From assembly GCA_037440825.1 (NCBI GenBank), contig JBBITJ010000013.1, forward strand, positions 11,834-25,776: a stretch of DNA of 13,943 nt, given 5' to 3'. Made by a program: the position numbers and the translations under genes. The stretch is from Candidatus Micrarchaeota archaeon. GTDB lineage: Archaea; Micrarchaeota; Micrarchaeia; Anstonellales; Bilamarchaeaceae. Under the pieces are notes generated by a model. The model was not told where the DNA came from, did no database searches, and saw only the letters and a program-made list of their open reading frames with translations. Numbering within the stretch: the first letter of the stretch is position 1; each line of letters opens with the position of its first letter. Of this stretch, positions 1 through 6,174 are shown piece by piece.

Positions 1-1
1 G

Positions 2-82
2 GAGAAAGTATTTTCCCTCATCACGGTTTCATTGGGCGCGCTCGGCTTCCTCATCCTCGCGATGCTGGTTTTGAGGAAATAG
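2..82 (+). CDS. 3' end of a truncated gene ending in a transmembrane anchor
   Basis: Frame 2 reads EKVFSLITVSLGALGFLILAMLVLRK-stop (TAG 80-82): a hydrophobic helix followed by basic residues. Confidence 0.7.
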   Translation, partial: EKVFSLITVSLGALGFLILAMLVLRK

Positions 83-83
83 C

Positions 84-141
84 AAAATCCGAAACAGGGG
101 CTGGAAACCGAAAACCCCGACTAATCAGAAACAGGGAAAGC
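84..141 (+). repeat. Degenerate heptamer (RAAACNN) array
   Basis: Units aaaatcc 84-90, gaaacag 91-97, gaaaccg 104-110, aaaaccc 111-117, gaaacag 128-134, ggaaagc 135-141. Exact repeat gaaacaggg at 91-99 and 128-136. Confidence 0.5.
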
Positions 142-142
142 A

Positions 143-155
143 TGAGAAAAAGAAG
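143..155 (-). terminator. U-rich archaeal terminator after tRNA-Ser
   Basis: Minus strand reads CTTCTTTTTCTC immediately after the discriminator base. Confidence 0.45.
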
Positions 156-282
156 CGCTAGGGGGGAGATTTGAACTCCCGGACGCAAGACGCGCAACAG
201 GTTTCCACTAGTTTCCGAAACGGGAGAACCGCAACGGGAAACAATAGCAACCTGCCGCCCTACCGGGCTAGGCGACCCCAGC
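156..282 (-). tRNA. tRNA-Ser(GCT) with intron at canonical 37/38 position
   Basis: Acceptor stem GCTGGGG/CCCTAGC, discriminator G73 (156), no encoded CCA. D arm GCCTAGCCCGGTAGGGC; anticodon stem GCAGG/CCTGT with anticodon GCT at 248-246; long variable arm GCGC-GTCTT-GCGT; T arm GGGAG-TTCAAAT-CTCCC. Exons 282-245 and 202-156. Confidence 0.95.
203..244 (-). other. 42-nt tRNA intron
   Basis: Its removal restores a 7-nt anticodon loop (TTGCTA/A). Intron stem GTTTCC/GGAAAC; 3-nt AAA bulge at the 3' splice site. Confidence 0.85.
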
Positions 283-289
283 AGACAAA

Positions 290-395
290 CCTCTTAGGGG
301 GCTCCGCCCACTAGCGGTTTTTCCTTGATTTCCCCACACCCCAGCGGGTGCGAACCAAGAACCGCTTATCCATGCGGTAAAATAGAACTAAGAGG
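290..395 (-). ncRNA. Putative 106-nt structured RNA or tRNA leader
   Basis: Nested helices CCTCTTAG/CTAAGAGG, CCGC/GCGG, AGCGGTT/AACCGCT, CTTGGTT/AATCAAG, CGCACCC-GCTG-GGGTGTG. G-U pairs form only on the minus strand. The 5' end lies about 30 nt from a TATA box. Confidence 0.55.
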
Positions 396-418
396 ATAAT
401 CCTTTTACCTGCCCACAG

Positions 419-426
419 TTTTTAAA
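419..426. promoter_or_regulatory. Probable bidirectional TATA box (RNA/tRNA on -, ACT-nnrD on +)
   Basis: TTTTTAAA containing palindromic TTTAAA at 421-426, about 30 nt from position 395 on - and 36 nt from the ATG at 457 on +. Confidence 0.55.
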
Positions 427-456
427 CCTTAAAGCCCAACCCTTTGTGGTGGTAGA

Positions 457-852
457 ATGAAGGAATTGACCATACACGCAAAGAACAGGGTAGGCGTGCT
501 GGCGGACATAGCGGAGCTCCTCGGCGGTTTAGGAGTTAACATAGACGCGATCTCGGCGCACGGAGAAGGCGAGCATGGGTTGATCAGGATACTCACCAAC
601 GATTCCAGGACTGCATTGAAGCACCTCGACAAGATTCCCGGGATAAAAGTGAAGGAATCCGACATAATAGTCGTGGACATGCCGAATCGGCCCGGAGAGC
701 TCGGCAAGATAACGAGGAAGCTGGCCAACAAGGGCGTGGACCTCGAAAGCGTATACATAGCCGGAAGGGAGAACAACGTCACCCACATAGCGATAAAGCC
801 CTCGAATGAGAGCTTCGAGAAGGCGAAGGAGGCATTGGGCATCAAATCCTGA
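457..852 (+). CDS. Tandem ACT domain protein
   Basis: Two ACT repeats (NRVGVLADIAELLG..GVNI and NRPGELGKITRKLA..GVDL); 131 aa. Confidence 0.88.
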   Translation: MKELTIHAKNRVGVLADIAELLGGLGVNIDAISAHGEGEHGLIRILTNDSRTALKHLDKIPGIKVKESDIIVVDMPNRPGELGKITRKLANKGVDLESVYIAGRENNVTHIAIKPSNESFEKAKEALGIKS

Positions 853-856
853 TACG

Positions 857-1621
857 ATGTTAAAGGGCATCCTCTCTTCGCTGCACAAGCCAGCGAAAAG
901 CTCCCACAAGGGCCAGAACGGCAAATTGCTCATCATAGGGGGCGGAGCGAAGTATTCCGGCTCCCCCTTATTTGAAATTCTTGCTGCAAGGCGTTTTGTG
1001 GACCTGCTCTACTTCTATCCGGGAGAGACCGATCCGTTCCTCATCCAGGCGGCGAAGAACATTCCCGAGACGATAGTGAAATACCGCCTCGACAACCTTT
1101 CGCAGATGGACTGCGTGCTTTTCGGCAGCGGCATGGACGGCGCTGATTTCGATATCTACGATCTGCTGGAGGACGCGAGGAAAATCGTAGTGGACGCGGA
1201 CGGATTCAATTTCGTGGAGCCCTCGATGCTGGACAAGAGATTCATACTCACCCCGCACAAGCTGGAATTCGAGCGCTATTTCGGCATGGAGGCTACGGAG
1301 AAGAACGTAATCGCGATGGCAAAGCTCTACAAGTGCGTCATCCTGCGGAAAGGCACCCCGGACGTGATAACTGACGGCAAGAGGGTTTACAGGAACGACG
1401 TGCACAACGCGGGGATGACCAAGGGCGGTACAGGGGACGTGCTCGCAGGGCTCACCGCAGCGCTCGCGTGCACCAACCCCAACTTCGAGGCAGCTGTCGC
1501 TGCTGCTTACATAAACGGACTCGCAGGGAACATGCTCATGAAAGAATACGGGTACAATTACTGCGCCTCTGACCTTGCGGACAAGCTCGCCGAAGTTCAT
1601 TTCAAAGCAACAAAGCGCTGA
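857..1621 (+). CDS. nnrD: ADP/ATP-dependent NAD(P)H-hydrate dehydratase (YjeF C-terminal domain only)
   Basis: Motifs SHKGQNGKLLIIGG, VVDADG, LTPHxxEF, GMTKGGTGDVLAG. Start moved from 806 to the ATG at 857, 4 nt after the ACT stop; 254 aa. Confidence 0.9.
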   Translation: MLKGILSSLHKPAKSSHKGQNGKLLIIGGGAKYSGSPLFEILAARRFVDLLYFYPGETDPFLIQAAKNIPETIVKYRLDNLSQMDCVLFGSGMDGADFDIYDLLEDARKIVVDADGFNFVEPSMLDKRFILTPHKLEFERYFGMEATEKNVIAMAKLYKCVILRKGTPDVITDGKRVYRNDVHNAGMTKGGTGDVLAGLTAALACTNPNFEAAVAAAYINGLAGNMLMKEYGYNYCASDLADKLAEVHFKATKR

Positions 1622-1643
1622 TTTGTTCCACCCGGAACAAATC
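1620..1643. repeat. Perfect 10-bp hairpin overlapping the nnrD stop codon
   Basis: gatttgttcc-accc-ggaacaaatc. Confidence 0.6.
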
Positions 1644-1801
1644 CGTTCTCCAAATTCTGAATTGCAGCTGAAGGCGCGTATCTCATCCTGAAAAGCGATG
1701 GAATCCTTGAAAAAGGCGGGCATAATATTGGCAATCCAGAACATGAACATCATGTTCGGGTTAGGGGAGGCGGAAGGACTGGAAAGCAGGTAGGGAAACC
1801 C

Positions 1802-1809
1802 TTTTTAAG
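1802..1809 (+). promoter_or_regulatory. TATA box of the priL-priS operon (leaderless start)
   Basis: TTTTTAAG 28 nt upstream of ATG 1830, preceded by purine-rich BRE-like GGGAAA. Confidence 0.5.
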
Positions 1810-1829
1810 CCAAAATTCCACTGTTCACT

Positions 1830-2831
1830 ATGGCCTATTTCTTAGCCGATTACGTGTTCGCAGCCAAATACCCGTTCAGCTCCAAAGCGAAGGAGATAAT
1901 GCGCGAGCGGAGCGTGGAGCCCAACGAATTCATGGCAGAGAAGGGCTTCAATAGGGTGAGCGCGGCCCTCAACGGCGAGCTCAGGCGCAAGCTCTTCCTG
2001 CACGAAGAAGACGCGATAGAGGAGATGATAGAATACGCTGCGGCGAGGATGATGCTTTCCTACATGCGCAACCGCTTCCTCACCAACAAGTACGCCATCT
2101 CGGAGTCCAAGAAGGCTTTCGCCTACCTGGGAGATGAGAGCGAAGAGAACGTTTCCGCGCTCGCGAAGGACATCGGAATCTCTTCATTCAAGGAGGATGC
2201 AGGTCGCCTCACGATTGACGTCGCGGATTTCCTGCTCTACGCGCCCAAGGACGTGCACTACAAGCTCATTTCAAGGGAGCTCAATAGGGGAAGGGTTTCC
2301 ATAAACAGGCACGAGCGCATAAGGATAATCTCGGAAGCGGTGAAGAAGTACATGGAAAGGATGCCGCCTGCGCAGTCCATCCCCCCTGCGATAAAGAAGG
2401 CTGCTGAGAGGCTCCACGAGCTCCTTCCCAAGATCGAGCCCCAGAAGATATCGTTCAAGGAAGGGGAGAACCCGCCATGCATAGAGGCGATGCTGGATAC
2501 GCTCAAGAAGCACGAGAACCTGGGGCACACGGGAAGGTGGTTGCTCGTTGTTTACATGATCAACCGGGGAGTGGGAAACGCGGACCTGGTGAAGGTGTTT
2601 TCAAATGCCCCTGACTTCAACGAGAAGACTACGGTATACCAGGTGGAACACGCGAGGAAAAGGGCGTACAAGATGCCGACCTGCTCCTCTGTGGTGGGCT
2701 ATGGCTACTGCGTCGCTGACTGCGGGATCAGGAACCCGATGAGCTGGAGGAGCGGGATGAAGGTGCGCCTGAGGGCTGGTGCGGAAAAGAGCGAAGGCAA
2801 GGAAGAAAAAGAAGTGAAAAGCGAGACGTGA
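1830..2831 (+). CDS. priL: DNA primase large subunit
   Basis: Four Fe-S cysteines (PPCI, PTCS, GYCVADC), LGHxGR and PDFNEKTTxYQVEH motifs; adjacent to priS. Confidence 0.93.
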   Translation: MAYFLADYVFAAKYPFSSKAKEIMRERSVEPNEFMAEKGFNRVSAALNGELRRKLFLHEEDAIEEMIEYAAARMMLSYMRNRFLTNKYAISESKKAFAYLGDESEENVSALAKDIGISSFKEDAGRLTIDVADFLLYAPKDVHYKLISRELNRGRVSINRHERIRIISEAVKKYMERMPPAQSIPPAIKKAAERLHELLPKIEPQKISFKEGENPPCIEAMLDTLKKHENLGHTGRWLLVVYMINRGVGNADLVKVFSNAPDFNEKTTVYQVEHARKRAYKMPTCSSVVGYGYCVADCGIRNPMSWRSGMKVRLRAGAEKSEGKEEKEVKSET

Positions 2832-2835
2832 AAAG

Positions 2836-3951
2836 ATGGACAAGGAGCTTCATTACACGCTGAAACGATTTTCCGATTACTATTCCAAGGCGAGCTTCAG
2901 CATTCCGGAAATAGAGAAGAGGGAGTTCGGCGTAGGGATAGAGAAGAAGATAGATTCGAGGCACATAGGGTTCACGAGCGAGCTCGAGTTCCGCACCTTC
3001 CTCGTCCACAACACTCCGCTTTACGTTTCGCACAGCGTCGCCTACTACCAATTGCCCAGGGCAACGCCGATGGAAAGGAAGAACTGGCTCGGCGCTGACC
3101 TTGTGTTCGACCTGGATTTCGAGACCGAGAGCAAGTACCTCTCCAGGCCGGATTTCGAGAAGGTGAGGGCTGACACGGTCAGGCTGGTTGAGGAATTCCT
3201 CATCCCGGACTTCGGAGTGGACGAGAAGCTGATGAGCGTGAACTTCTCAGGCAACAGGGGCTTCCACGTGCACGTGCGCGACCTCCGCTTCAGGCAGCTC
3301 AGGGGCGAGGAGCGCAAGGAGATAATAGAATACGTGAAGGGCATGGGGCTGAAATACGAATCTTTCTTCTCCCAGAAGGAGGCTGGGCAGTCCGGAGGAA
3401 GGACGATATACAGGGAAACCGGCCCGATGCCCACAGGAACCGGCTACGCGGGCAGGTTCGCGAACAAGGTAATCTCAGTGCTGGAATCAGAGCCTGAGCG
3501 CATAAGCCGCGTTTTCAAGGAAGAATCGAAAAGGCTTAATTTCATGAACGGCATAAGGGCTGGCAACTGGAGCATGCGCAAGCTCACCGAAGGGGTGGAC
3601 CGGAAGCTCAGGGAAATCGCGGAGACCGAGCTTCCGTTGCGCACAGTGAACATAGACTCCGGAGTGACGCAGGACGCGAGCAAGCTTATCCGCGTGCCTG
3701 ACACGCTGCACGGGAGCACGGGGCTGCGCGTTAAAACTATACCTCTGAAGGAGCTCGCGACATTCGATCCCATGAAGGACGCGGTGGTGTTCCCGGAAAA
3801 GCCGATAAATATAGCTGCGCTGGAGGACATTCCTGAAATAGAGATAGGAAGCGGAACGCAGGAAAAGATAGAGAAAGGGAAAACAAAGGAAGTGCCGGAA
3901 TACTTCGCGCTCTACCTCAAATTGAAAGGGAGTGCGCGCCTGCTCATTTAG
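2836..3951 (+). CDS. priS: DNA primase catalytic small subunit
   Basis: AEP motifs REFG, DLVFDLD, SGNRGFH, IDxxVTxDxxKLIRVPxTLHGSTG. Confidence 0.95.
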   Translation: MDKELHYTLKRFSDYYSKASFSIPEIEKREFGVGIEKKIDSRHIGFTSELEFRTFLVHNTPLYVSHSVAYYQLPRATPMERKNWLGADLVFDLDFETESKYLSRPDFEKVRADTVRLVEEFLIPDFGVDEKLMSVNFSGNRGFHVHVRDLRFRQLRGEERKEIIEYVKGMGLKYESFFSQKEAGQSGGRTIYRETGPMPTGTGYAGRFANKVISVLESEPERISRVFKEESKRLNFMNGIRAGNWSMRKLTEGVDRKLREIAETELPLRTVNIDSGVTQDASKLIRVPDTLHGSTGLRVKTIPLKELATFDPMKDAVVFPEKPINIAALEDIPEIEIGSGTQEKIEKGKTKEVPEYFALYLKLKGSARLLI

Positions 3952-4345
3952 CCGCCTTCTTTTCAGGGGCCTTCTTGAACTTGAGCAGCGGCATCCTTAT
4001 CGGAGGCACGACGTTGAGTATGGAAGCCACGAGCGTCGCGTTCGCAGTTCCCATGTGGTTGATCGCGTTCACTATGTTCTGCATGTACTCAGGCGGGAGC
4101 TTCTTCGCTTTCAAGCCGTCCTCTATCGTCTTCAGCGTGTCCTTCTCCTCCTTGGAGACTATCTCGCCCCTTATCTTTATCACGCCTGCGTTGTCCTTGT
4201 AGTTCGCGGTGTAGAGGAATCTGATTTTCACGGTGTCCTGCTCGACCTTCACGTCCTCCACATTGAAGAGCACGTCGAAGCCCTTCACGGGCATGCCTTC
4301 GTTCCTCTTCGCCTCGATCTCTGCAACCCTCATTCTCGTTATCAT
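3944..4345 (-). CDS. Conserved archaeal hypothetical protein with SecB-like pattern
   Basis: ATG 4345 follows a GAGGTG ribosome-binding site (4356-4351). Four alternating beta-strand patterns, then helices ending in NVVPPIRMP. Overlaps the priS end by 8 bp. Confidence 0.75.
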   Translation of the reverse strand: MITRMRVAEIEAKRNEGMPVKGFDVLFNVEDVKVEQDTVKIRFLYTANYKDNAGVIKIRGEIVSKEEKDTLKTIEDGLKAKKLPPEYMQNIVNAINHMGTANATLVASILNVVPPIRMPLLKFKKAPEKKAAK

Positions 4346-4386
4346 ATACACACCTCTAAAAGTTGTATTCCAGCCTAGTTCACAGG

Positions 4387-4404
4387 TTAAATTTAAAAAT
4401 TAAA
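4387..4404 (-). promoter_or_regulatory. AT-rich TATA/terminator segment between the ATPase and SecB-like genes
   Basis: Minus strand TTTAATTTTTAAATTTAA directly after the ATPase stop codon. Confidence 0.35.
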
Positions 4405-6120
4405 TCAGAACGGCAGGGGGATGAGGAGCGCTAGCTCCCGGACTACCTTGTAGAGCATCTTGTTGTACCATTGGTTCCTGGAGTTTATCACGTTCAGCAG
4501 CGCCTTGAACGCCTCCTTCTCTCCGGGCCCCATCTTACTTTCCGTGACTTTCTTGTGCTCCTTCCCGTCCACTATGGTGACTTCCTCCTGCTTCCCTATC
4601 TGCTTTTTGGCCTGCTCGAACCACGGCGGAAGCGAGGACGGCTTCTTCTTCAATGCCTTTATGAAATCGCTTGTGTTTATCGGCCGCTGCACAACTTCTT
4701 TCTCGGAAAGTTGCTGCGCCTCCTCTGGAGTTTTCCCTGCCTTGATGTACTCCTGCTTCTTCTTTTCTATACCTATGAACGCCTCCTTCCACGGGATTGT
4801 CGCAGCTTCATCCACCAGCGCTTTGAGGTCAGCGGAAGCGTAGCCCCACGTAGCAATCGCTAGCCTTATATAGGGGATGAACCTTGCGAGCGGCCTCTTT
4901 TTCGCGTGCATCTTTATGATCGCTATCCTAGAGCGGAAATCAGGCTCCGGGATGTATATGGCTTTCCCGAACCTTCCGCTCCTTCTCAACGCCGGGTCAA
5001 CGTCCCAGGGCGCGTTCGTTGCCGCGATAACCAGCACGTTCTGGTTCGCCGCCTCTATTCCGTCCATTTCGTAGAGCAACTGGTTAACCGCCATCTTCAT
5101 GTACTGCGCGCCCTCCTGCTGGTCCCTCCTTCCTCCCAATGCGTCCACTTCGTCGAAGAACAGCACGCACGGAGAATTCTTCCTCGCGAGCTCGAACACC
5201 TTGTGTATGTTCTTTTCCGTGTTTCCCACATACATGTCCAGCAAATCAGAAAGCTTGGCGTTTATGAAATTGGATGTACACTCGCCGGCAGCCGCCTTGA
5301 CTATGTAGGTCTTTCCGCATCCGGGCGGTCCGTACATAAGTATGCCTCCTCCTCCGAGCTTGCCGTACTTGCGCGCGAGCTCGGGGTTGACCATCGGATA
5401 AACGATCGCCTCCCGTATCTCCTCCTTCATCTTGTCCATTCCCGCGACGTCGTTGAACGACATCTTGGGCTTCTGGAGCATCTTTATGTCTCCTGCTCCG
5501 CTCTTGCCCTCCCCTCCTTCGCCTCCTGCCTGCTGCTTCTTGCCTTTCACAGCTTCCAGGTGGGACTTGGCTTCGGAGAATTCGGGGTTCAATTCTATTG
5601 CCTTCTCGTAATCCCTTATGGCGTTGTCGAAATCGGCCGCGTACTCGTAAGCCAGTCCCCTGAGGTGCCACGCCTCGGCGAAATCCGGCTTGAGCTCTAT
5701 CACTTTCGCGAAATCCACCACTGCCTTGTCGTATTCTTCCAGTGAAGCGTAGGAAAGCCCCCTGTTGTAGTACGCCTTGAGGTAGTTGGAATTGAGCGTT
5801 ATCGCCTTGTCGTAATCCTTTATGGCGCTCTGGAAGTCCTGCTTCCTGTAATATGCGTCGCCCCTGTTGTTGTATATGATCGGGTTGTTGGGATCCAGCT
5901 CCGCGCTCTTCGTGTAATCCGTTATGCTGCGGTCGAAATTCTTGAGCTGGTAGTAGCTCAGCGCGCGGTTGAAATAAGCTTCTGAGAAAATCGGGTTGAG
6001 GAGGATAGCCATGTTGTAGTTTTCTATCGCCTTCTCGTAGTCCCCCCTTTCGTAATAGTCGTTGCCGATCTGGTAGTACATCCGTGCATCTACGGGGTTC
6101 GATTTTCTCGTCTCGACCAT
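4405..6120 (-). CDS. TPR-repeat AAA+ ATPase (5 TPRs plus one classical AAA domain)
   Basis: Five 34-aa TPRs (about residues 12-181), Gly-rich linker, Walker A GPPGCGKT, pore loop MYVG, Walker B FFDEVD, SRH ATNAPWDVDPALRRSGRF. Confidence 0.92.
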   Translation of the reverse strand: MVETRKSNPVDARMYYQIGNDYYERGDYEKAIENYNMAILLNPIFSEAYFNRALSYYQLKNFDRSITDYTKSAELDPNNPIIYNNRGDAYYRKQDFQSAIKDYDKAITLNSNYLKAYYNRGLSYASLEEYDKAVVDFAKVIELKPDFAEAWHLRGLAYEYAADFDNAIRDYEKAIELNPEFSEAKSHLEAVKGKKQQAGGEGGEGKSGAGDIKMLQKPKMSFNDVAGMDKMKEEIREAIVYPMVNPELARKYGKLGGGGILMYGPPGCGKTYIVKAAAGECTSNFINAKLSDLLDMYVGNTEKNIHKVFELARKNSPCVLFFDEVDALGGRRDQQEGAQYMKMAVNQLLYEMDGIEAANQNVLVIAATNAPWDVDPALRRSGRFGKAIYIPEPDFRSRIAIIKMHAKKRPLARFIPYIRLAIATWGYASADLKALVDEAATIPWKEAFIGIEKKKQEYIKAGKTPEEAQQLSEKEVVQRPINTSDFIKALKKKPSSLPPWFEQAKKQIGKQEEVTIVDGKEHKKVTESKMGPGEKEAFKALLNVINSRNQWYNKMLYKVVRELALLIPLPF

Positions 6121-6144
6121 AGCGTACTAAATTGAAGAGTTAGG

Positions 6145-6152
6145 TTTAAATA
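6145..6152. promoter_or_regulatory. Bidirectional TATA box for two leaderless divergent genes
   Basis: TTTAAA palindrome 6145-6150 is centred exactly midway between ATG 6120 (-) and ATG 6175 (+). Confidence 0.65.
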
Positions 6153-6174
6153 ACATCTCGCCTCATTCCAACGT

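Noticed and set aside
290..395. H/ACA guide RNA, 5S rRNA or SRP RNA identity
   Set aside because: No ACA after the stem on the minus strand, the K-turn candidate has GG instead of GA, and 5S loop C and SRP helix 8 motifs are missing.
290..400. Plus-strand resemblance to archaeal RNase P RNA (ctccgcccac, gggtgcgaa, cgctta, tagaa..ata)
   Set aside because: No GAGGAA/P4 motif with bulged U, the helix order is wrong, it is too short, and G-U pairing favours the minus strand.
806..856. Arg-rich N-terminal extension of NnrD (RRRRR), superficially Tat-like
   Set aside because: It is an alternate frame of the ACT gene's 3' end; ATG 857 is the sensible start.
968..1753. 261-aa minus-strand ORF
   Set aside because: Mostly an antisense shadow of nnrD with no recognisable motif.
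5578..6087. TPR carboxylate clamp binding the thermosome's EEM C-terminus
   Set aside because: Only the Asn positions of the Hop-type K-N-N-K-R clamp are present in TPR1-3; the basic residues are missing.
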